Source of the DNA: Hyphomicrobiales bacterium
GTDB lineage: Bacteria; Pseudomonadota; Alphaproteobacteria; Rhizobiales; Beijerinckiaceae
Direction of reading: 5' to 3'
Length of the DNA: 64,000 bases
Assembly: GCA_027487245.1 (NCBI GenBank)
Contig: JAIYDY010000007.1
Location: 21,018-85,017, forward strand
In this document: positions 61,501 through 64,000 of the stretch, in pieces
How positions within the stretch are numbered: position 1 is the stretch's first letter
Layout of the letters: the number at the start of each line of letters is the position of its first letter
Position numbers and translations under genes: made by a program
Notes under the pieces: model-generated
Seen by the model: the letters and a program-made list of their open reading frames with translations, nothing else
Told to the model about the DNA's origin: nothing
The model's database searches: none

Positions 61501-64000
61501 GATGGCGGCGAGGGAATAGCTGCCAAGCGTGGTTTCGACGCGATCCGTGCCGGAGCTGGCACCGGAGAGTTCGGCGATCGTGTCGGACGCATCGACGACG
61601 TAGATGTCGTCGCCAAGCCCGCCAACGAGGGAGTCCGCCCCTTCACCGCCTCTCAGCGTGTCATTGCCGGCATTGCCGACCAGCGTGTCTGCGCCGTCGC
61701 CGCCAGCGAGATTGTCGCCGAGGGCGCCGCCGGTGATGGTGTTGTCCAGCGTGTTGCCGGTTCCTGTGAAGGCCACTGCGCCGGTGTAGGTCAGGTTTTC
61801 GATGTTGACCAAAGTGGCGAGCGAGGAACTCACGACCGAAGTCCGGACCGTATCGATCCCTTCGCCGACTTCCTCGATGACGACATCGCCTGCGGCGTCC
61901 ACCACATAGGTGTCATCGCCGAGGCCACCGGCCATCGAATCATTGCCCGCGCCGCCATCGAGACTGTCATTGCCGCCATTGCCAAGCAGGGTATCGTTGC
62001 CGATGCCGCCTGCGAGCGTGTCGTTGCCGCTGCCGCCAGTGATGACATTGCCCAGCGCATTGCCTGTCCCGGTGAAATTGCCGGTGCCGGTGAATGTCAG
62101 GTTCTCGACATTGGCGAGCGTTGCCGGCGTGGTGAGGGTGTAGCTCGCCAGCGTCGTCTGGACGGTGTCCGTCCCGGCATTCAAGGCCTCCGTGATGACA
62201 TCGGTCGTGGCATCGACGACATAAGTGTCGTTGCCGAGGCCACCGACCATGCTGTCATTGCCCTCGCCTCCGTCCAGCATGTCGTTGCCGTCGTTGCCGA
62301 CCAGCGTGTCATTGCCTGCAAAGCCGGACAGGAAATCGCTCTGAGCTGTGCCTGTCAGAGTTTCGCTGTTGATGGTGCCCTCGATCAGGTTGCCAGCGAG
62401 GCTGCTGATGGCAACCGGGCCGCCTGTGTCGAACTGGACAAACTCCACGCCTTGCACCGTGTCGGAGCCATTGGCCCCGGTGACCACAACGCCGCCGCCC
62501 ACACCCGTGAAGTTGTAAAACGTATAGCTGCCGACAGAACCGGACAGCCGGAGCACATCATCACCTTCGCCGCCGACCAGAAGGTCATTGCCGAGGCTGG
62601 CGATGAAGGTGTCGTTGCCGCCGGCCCCTTCCAGTGTTTCGCTGCCGGAGCCGCCTGTCAGCGTGTTGGCGAGGGCGTTGCCTGTGCCGGTGCCTGAGCC
62701 TGTGTAGGTCAGGTTTTCGATGTCAGTGCCAAGCGTGTAGCTGCTCAGCGCGGTCCGCACGGTGTCGGTGCCGCCGCCCGTGGCTTCCTCGGTGATGTCT
62801 GATGCGGTGTCGACAAGATAGGTGTCATCGCCTTCGCCACCGACCATGCTGTCTGCGCCAGCGCCGCCATCGAGCGTATCATTGCCGCCAAGTCCGGAAA
62901 GCGTGTCGTCAAGCGCGGCACCACTGATCTGGTTGCCGTCGCTGTTGCCTGTCCCGGAGAAGTTGCCGCTACCTGTGTAGGTAAGGTTTTCGATATCGGT
63001 GCCAAGCGTGTAGCTGGCCAGCTCGGTCTGCACCGTATCGGTGCCGCCGCCAGCCACTTCCGTGATCACATCAAGCACTGAATCAACGATATAGGTATCA
63101 TTGCCGCCGAGGCCGACAAGGGTGTCGTCGCCCAGCAAGCCGGACAGGGTGTCGTTGCCTGTGCCACCTGTGATGACATTGGCCTCGGCATTGCCAGTGC
63201 CAGTGAACGCGCCCGACCCCGTGTATGTCAGGTTCTCGACATCGTTGCCGAGAGTGTAGCTGGCAAGGTCCGTGCGGACCGTGTCGATGCCTTCGTTGAA
63301 CGACTCGGTCACCTGATCTGCGGCGTCATTGACGATGTAAACGTCGTTGCCGAGGCCGCCAAAAAGCGAATCTGCGCCTGTTCCACCATCGAGTGTGTCA
63401 TCGCCACGATAGCCGAACAGCTGATCATTGCCGGCGAGGCCAAAGAGCTGGTCGTTGTTGCCGGGTGCGTTGCCGTTGCCGGCAATGGTGTTGTCGGCGG
63501 AATTGCCCGTGCCGACAAAACTCACATCGCCAGAATAGTAGAGGTACTCGACATTGTCGGCCAAAGTATAGGAAAATGTCGTTCCGTTGAAAGGTTCGTA
63601 AAAGACAACAGAGACCGTGTCGGTGCCGTCGTCCGCGCTCTCAACGACGACATCATCAGGAGAGCCTATCTCGTAAGTGTCGTTGCCGCTTCCGCCAACC
63701 AGCCGGTTTGTGCCGCCACGACCCTGCAGAATGTCATTGCCGCCAAGACCAAACAGCGTGTCGTTACTGGCACCGCCATTGATGTAGTTGTCCAGTTCAT
63801 TGCCGGTGCCGGTGAACGCCTCGGTCCCGGCGCTGGTCAAAGCCTCAACATTGGCTCCAAGGGTGTAGCCCGACAGCGTTGTGTTGACAGAATCGAAAGT
63901 ACCCTCGTTCGCGGCCTCGACAACCACGTCACCGGCATCATCGACGATGTAAATGTCATCGCCTTCGCCACCGACCATGCTGTCGGCACCCGCGCCGCTC
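49516..64000 (-). CDS. Giant RTX-type (hemolysin-type Ca2+-binding repeat) secreted protein, probable T1SS substrate; 5' end lies beyond the window
   Basis: A single open frame of 4,820 codons runs to the window edge. It is packed with GGxGxD nonapeptides and about 30 modules of the type GNDTYVVD..DVVTE..GTDTV.T.L.SY.L...NVENLT(F/Y)TGTG.FTGTGN.L.N.ITGG.GNDTL. The non-repeat C-terminus is ...LYYDADGTGAAARVQVARF...AGDFILIA. Confidence 0.9.
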   Translation of the reverse strand, partial: SGAGADSMVGGEGDDIYIVDDAGDVVVEAANEGTFDSVNTTLSGYTLGANVEALTSAGTEAFTGTGNELDNYINGGASNDTLFGLGGNDILQGRGGTNRLVGGSGNDTYEIGSPDDVVVESADDGTDTVSVVFYEPFNGTTFSYTLADNVEYLYYSGDVSFVGTGNSADNTIAGNGNAPGNNDQLFGLAGNDQLFGYRGDDTLDGGTGADSLFGGLGNDVYIVNDAADQVTESFNEGIDTVRTDLASYTLGNDVENLTYTGSGAFTGTGNAEANVITGGTGNDTLSGLLGDDTLVGLGGNDTYIVDSVLDVITEVAGGGTDTVQTELASYTLGTDIENLTYTGSGNFSGTGNSDGNQISGAALDDTLSGLGGNDTLDGGAGADSMVGGEGDDTYLVDTASDITEEATGGGTDTVRTALSSYTLGTDIENLTYTGSGTGTGNALANTLTGGSGSETLEGAGGNDTFIASLGNDLLVGGEGDDVLRLSGSVGSYTFYNFTGVGGGVVVTGANGSDTVQGVEFVQFDTGGPVAISSLAGNLIEGTINSETLTGTAQSDFLSGFAGNDTLVGNDGNDMLDGGEGNDSMVGGLGNDTYVVDATTDVITEALNAGTDTVQTTLASYTLTTPATLANVENLTFTGTGNFTGTGNALGNVITGGSGNDTLAGGIGNDTLLGNGGNDSLDGGAGNDSMAGGLGDDTYVVDAAGDVVIEEVGEGIDTVRTSVVSSSLATLVNIENLTYTGAVAFTGTGNTLDNTITGGALGDNLAGGDGADTLVGNAGNDTLRGGEGADSLVGGLGDDIYVVDASDTIAELSGASSGTDRVETTLGSYSLAAIANVENLTFTGTTGNFTGTGNDLANVIIGGAGNDMLDGGGGIDNMTGGLGNDTYVVDLATDIITELAGAGTGTDTIQTVLASYSLAAPATLANVENLTFTGTGNFTGTGNGLNNVITGAGGNDTLLGGLGNDTLLGNGGNDSLDGGAGADSLVGGLGDDTYVVDVAGDVVSENSGEGTDTVRTALANASLATIANVESLTYTGAAAFTGTGNTLDNAITGGALGDSLAGGDGADTLTGNAGNDRLVGDAGADSLVGGIGDDVYVIDADDIITELAAQGTDRVETTLASYSLAAIANVENLTYTGTGAFAGTGNALNNRIESGAGSFADMLDGGAGADTMIGGLGSDTYIVDNIGDVVTELAGGGNDSILTSLNTYSLVSFASVDNLTFTGTGNFTGTGNTQFNRLTGAGGNDTLSGGDGNDTLTGNDGHDSLTGGANSITGGGDSLIGGEGHDTLDGLDGTTRDTLDGGLGNDVYLIDGISSFGTFSYDQIEADAGGIDTIRTSAARIDLDDFNFSASGIENLTYTGTLAFTGSGNAANNHIIGAGGADSMIGAAGADTLDGGAGNDTLDGGSDNDRLIGGLGTNTLRGGSGEDTYVVSSQADVIEEDDFSFGFGPFEIDTVETALGSLSIANYDNVENLTFTGTTGTFTGTGNAGDNVITGGNGNDTLRGGAGDDTLIGGAGNDSIDGGDSVFGDVLVLNGLRSDYTLAYNATGQTTVTRNGGGGDGTDIFINIETIRFRDGVNTVDVAVNSIFGVSLIGTAANNTLEGESSRTDYLDGAGGNDTIQGAGGGDILIGGLGTDTLDYSTVGASFSVNVTLNGTNVTTVTSSTASATGDRISGFENVIGTQIDDTITGDAGNNQLDGGESLASDVLNGGAGNDTLIGGEGSDTLIGGAGNDVFVVTYDDNNQFFTLAPSDTITEEANGGIDLVETDVDNYSLDGIANVENLTFKGTGSFTGTGNALANIITGGAGNDTLDGGLGSDTLIGGLGDDVYRNVVQGDAITEAANAGTDRIETNASAFSLATYTNIENLTYLGLGNDAFSGTGNALANALTGGENNDTLDGGTAADTMTGGDGDDTYVVDNTDDQVVEQAGQGTDTIRTALTSRTLGDDIENLVFTGAASTGTGNTLDNTITGGAGADTLSGLEGNDTLVGLGGINRLIGGLGDDTYVVSAQTDVIVEASGDGTDTVSTAITAYSLAAIPLSAVGATLADVENLTFTGTLAFTGTGNTLDNRITGGNGNDTLRGGDGNDTLVGGAGNDSFDGGAGIGDTVNLALSSGDYRFSYTATGLRTVTALSGTDGTDTLDLSVETVVFLDPIFGSSAQTSSIFGSFISASNTNTTGANTLFGTNLRVDYIDAGTGDDTVFGSNAGPYGGDNLFGGLGIDTLDYSSLSTAITLSLVTGIVSNGDRISGFENVIGSAQSANSITGDALANRLESRGFSDTLDGGAGNDTLVGDAVDRLIGGAGDDTYIVSSDQLTIVEAAGGGTDTIEIVGSFALSNPANPSSPSNAAFGQIENLKFGLSNGQNAVGIGNALNNILTGGASNDELTGAGGRDTLAGGAGNDIYYLGTDVTDVVTEALNNGTDTVYVNGTYTLGANVENLGAETSAALNGTGNELNNTITGSTSSDTLSGLAGDDTLFGAEGADSLLGGLGSDELYGNEGNDTLVGGDGLGIMEGRTGDDTYVAEMGEDLREVAGEGIDTVQTSAAAFTLRSDFDGNFENLTFIGLATAAFTGVGNGLGNTITGLGGNDSLSGLVGDDTLAGGAGNDTLLGGADNDRLLGGLGNDSLDGGAGTDDMRGGAGDDIYVFDTQADIVVEALNEGNDLVQTALGSLSIGNYANVENLTFTPTTGTFSGTGNASANTITGGGFNDTLDGDDGNDRLIGNAGADSLFGNGGDDTLIGGAGNDTFNGGAGVDTFNLTGLQSAYMFSLNGAGVFVTHNAGGTDGVDQLIDVERVSFAGGASVLLSTLVGTSFTSAPGQSSSLIGTGLVDYIDGGNGNDTIAGLGGADTLIGGSDIDTLTYAASLAAVTVTLNGASSGGDAAGDSISGFENLIGSAFADALTGDSQANIIDGGGANDTLDGGASNDTLLGGAGDDLLTGGAGNDSFAGGLGNDTYVLDAQGDMVTEDSIVGSGIDLVRTDIAALSIGSYANVENLTYFGAGNFTGTGNASANIITGGLLNDVLDGGDGNDSLIGNAGADSLFGNIGDDTLVGGTGDDTFNGGEGTDTINLSGPQSAYSFIDNGVDVLRIVHTGTDGSDQLIDIERVSFAGGPSVLLSSLVGARILGSTSGPSTLTGTALPEYILNRISMGTVEGGAGADTIIGAGNNSTLAYTTSNAGVTVVINNSGAGNGAGGHAQGDSFLGFQNAIGSAFNDLLVGNIGSNSLVGGAGNDTLDGNVGLGNDTLDGGTGVNRLVGGAGNDTYIVSNQADTVVEQANDPSGFTYGNDTVLTALSSLSIATYDNVENLTYNGTGSFTGTGNSLGNVLNGGGQNDTLNGGDGNDSIIGGLGADSLIGGLGNDTLVGGAGNDTLNGGDGINKIDTIILSGGSFEYTVIADVQGAIVVHNNGGSDGTDRLLNIDRLAFSDLTFAISALVGQRIVNGAGIAATLTGTASGSDLSDYIDGGDLNDTIAGLDGADNLVGGNGFDTLDYSASTGPVTVTLNGSLVTTGSGGDAEGDQISGFENILGSGQSDSLTGDAGANRLEGGNGADTLNGGAGIDTLIGGLGNDLYIVDVQTDVVTEDPGAGTDTVQTAAATISIANYANVENLTFAGTGNFSGTGNTGANTITGGIGNDTLNGGDGADSLVGNGGADSLLGGVGDDTLTGGAGNDTLVGGTENDTVLLSGPQSAYTFSNGPTGLFVTHNAGTDGTDRLDGIEFVRFAGGAAVAISTLISPAQVNPAGIAANLTGTALADYIDGGDLNDTIAGSASGDVLIGGTGIDTLTYAASLGSVRVTLNGLLITTGSLGDAEGDQISGFENIIGSASSDTLTGDAGANRLDGGALNDEMAGGLGNDTYVVDNASDFITEAANAGVDTIETTLNGLFLTSLPGSSDENIENLTFTGVGTFDGRGNTLANVITGRSGNDSLYGLDGNDTLIGNGGNDFLSGGVGSDTIRLSGPATRYTFLATSNGITVTDSLAVGDDGVDTLDGIEFVSFAGGAGIALSTLAGVSIFHNAPAAVLTGTGFIDYIIGSGGNDTLIGLAGGDELIGGAGVDTVSYAASNAGVTLTLNGATVTTGVGGHAEGDKVSQVENIIGSASNDSLTGDGLDNLLDGGLGNDTLTGGAGNDTYVVNATSDVVSETGGGTDTIQTTLATASLATYANVENLTYIGTLAFTGTGDGAANVITGNVGNDTLNGGLGADTMIGGAGNDTYTVDNAFDVVTEDLNAGIDTILTTLAAFNLYVPGGNPNNVENLTFTGTGNFRGEGSRLANIITGGAGNDTLLGWEADDTLIGGGGNDSIDGGAGTADTVRLSGTAARYTFVLTSTAQVIVTDSLVGGDGVDTLTDVEFVSFAGGAGVALSTLAGVYINDGSGSSLLTGSNIGDYLAGNNGNDTLIGLGGADTIIGGSGDDTVSYAGSNLGVTLDLNEFGFATGSGGHAQGDQVSGVENIIGSGLNDTLTGTSLANRLDGGAGNDTLIGESGADTLVGGTGIDSMVGGADNDTFVVDVQGDIVVETEFGGTDTVETSFGSLSIATYNFVENLTYTGAGTFNGTGNDLNNTLRGGAGNDTLNGGNGNDTLHGEAGTNSLIGGAGDDSYFVTNLTTTITEALGAGLDTVFTNLSTFSIANFANVEILTFTGSGGFNGTGNAGNNTITGTVNNDTLVGGAGNDSLVGGTGADSLVGGIGNDILVGGTGADTLNGGEGADTLQGSSGVLDFVNSQIEHFVFDWLPTGGQFDTVIGYEAGFEKIVISKAAFAGFGDATNLGYTGQLNQSAVGTAAQFYYEFEEPSQFGLYYDADGTGAAARVQVARFFTNQIQAGDFILIA
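60460..62240 (-). repeat. Two tandem copies of an ~880-bp (about 295-aa, three-module) block inside the RTX gene
   Basis: Anchors CGACGACATA(A/G)GTGTCGTTGCCGAGGCCACC sit at 62214 and 61335 (879 bp apart). The near-identical antisense track ORFs 61910..62143 and 61025..61258 are exactly 885 bp apart. Confidence 0.75.

Noticed and set aside
49516-64000. Possible CRISPR array or non-coding satellite, suggested by the strong DNA periodicity.
   Set aside because: The repeats are in frame and degenerate, code for GGxGxD nonapeptides and ~95-aa modules within one continuous ORF, and have no unique spacers between exact repeats. No cas genes are present.

Overview
High-GC (about 65% by eye) alphaproteobacterial chromosome segment. 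The gene content looks Hyphomicrobiales/Rhizobiales-like: gcrA, an F0 operon atpI-B-E-F'-F, divergent mutY/DUF721-dsbA-smc, and ppk2/phoR-pstSCAB-phoU-phoB. Positions 1-49,500 are densely packed, mostly core genes. They include prpE, rpmE, an ABCB-type exporter and a six-gene translationally coupled beta-oxidation-like operon (SDR-MarR-hydratase-ACAD-CoA ligase-RidA) divergent from a thiolase. Further genes are tRNA-Gly(CCC), comM/yifB, the complete Pho cluster with a recognisable Pho box, gcrA, folD, copA-copZ, mmsA plus a LysR regulator, an Fe(III)-type ABC importer, tal, a Bug-family binding protein, the ATP synthase F0 operon, smc and mutY. Positions 49,516-64,000 are the 3' part of one uninterrupted minus-strand ORF of more than 4,820 codons. 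It encodes a giant acidic RTX (GGxGxD) protein in which I saw no Cys, with a C-terminal region typical of type I secretion substrates and a nested repeat architecture. The best candidates for something undescribed are two. First, the giant RTX protein, with nine copies of a roughly 55-aa non-RTX insert, eight composite super-repeats and a recent ~880-bp tandem duplication. Second, an SbmA/BacA-type ABC half-transporter whose ATPase domain has lost the Walker A Lys, the catalytic Glu and the H-loop His; it sits beside an orphan methyltransferase-fold gene and a stand-alone MprF-flippase-like gene, directly next to the Pho regulon. I saw no rRNA, CRISPR array, transposase, integrase or prophage genes. 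All calls come from reading the translations and DNA by eye. Start codons are best guesses from RBS spacing, and repeat counts are manual.
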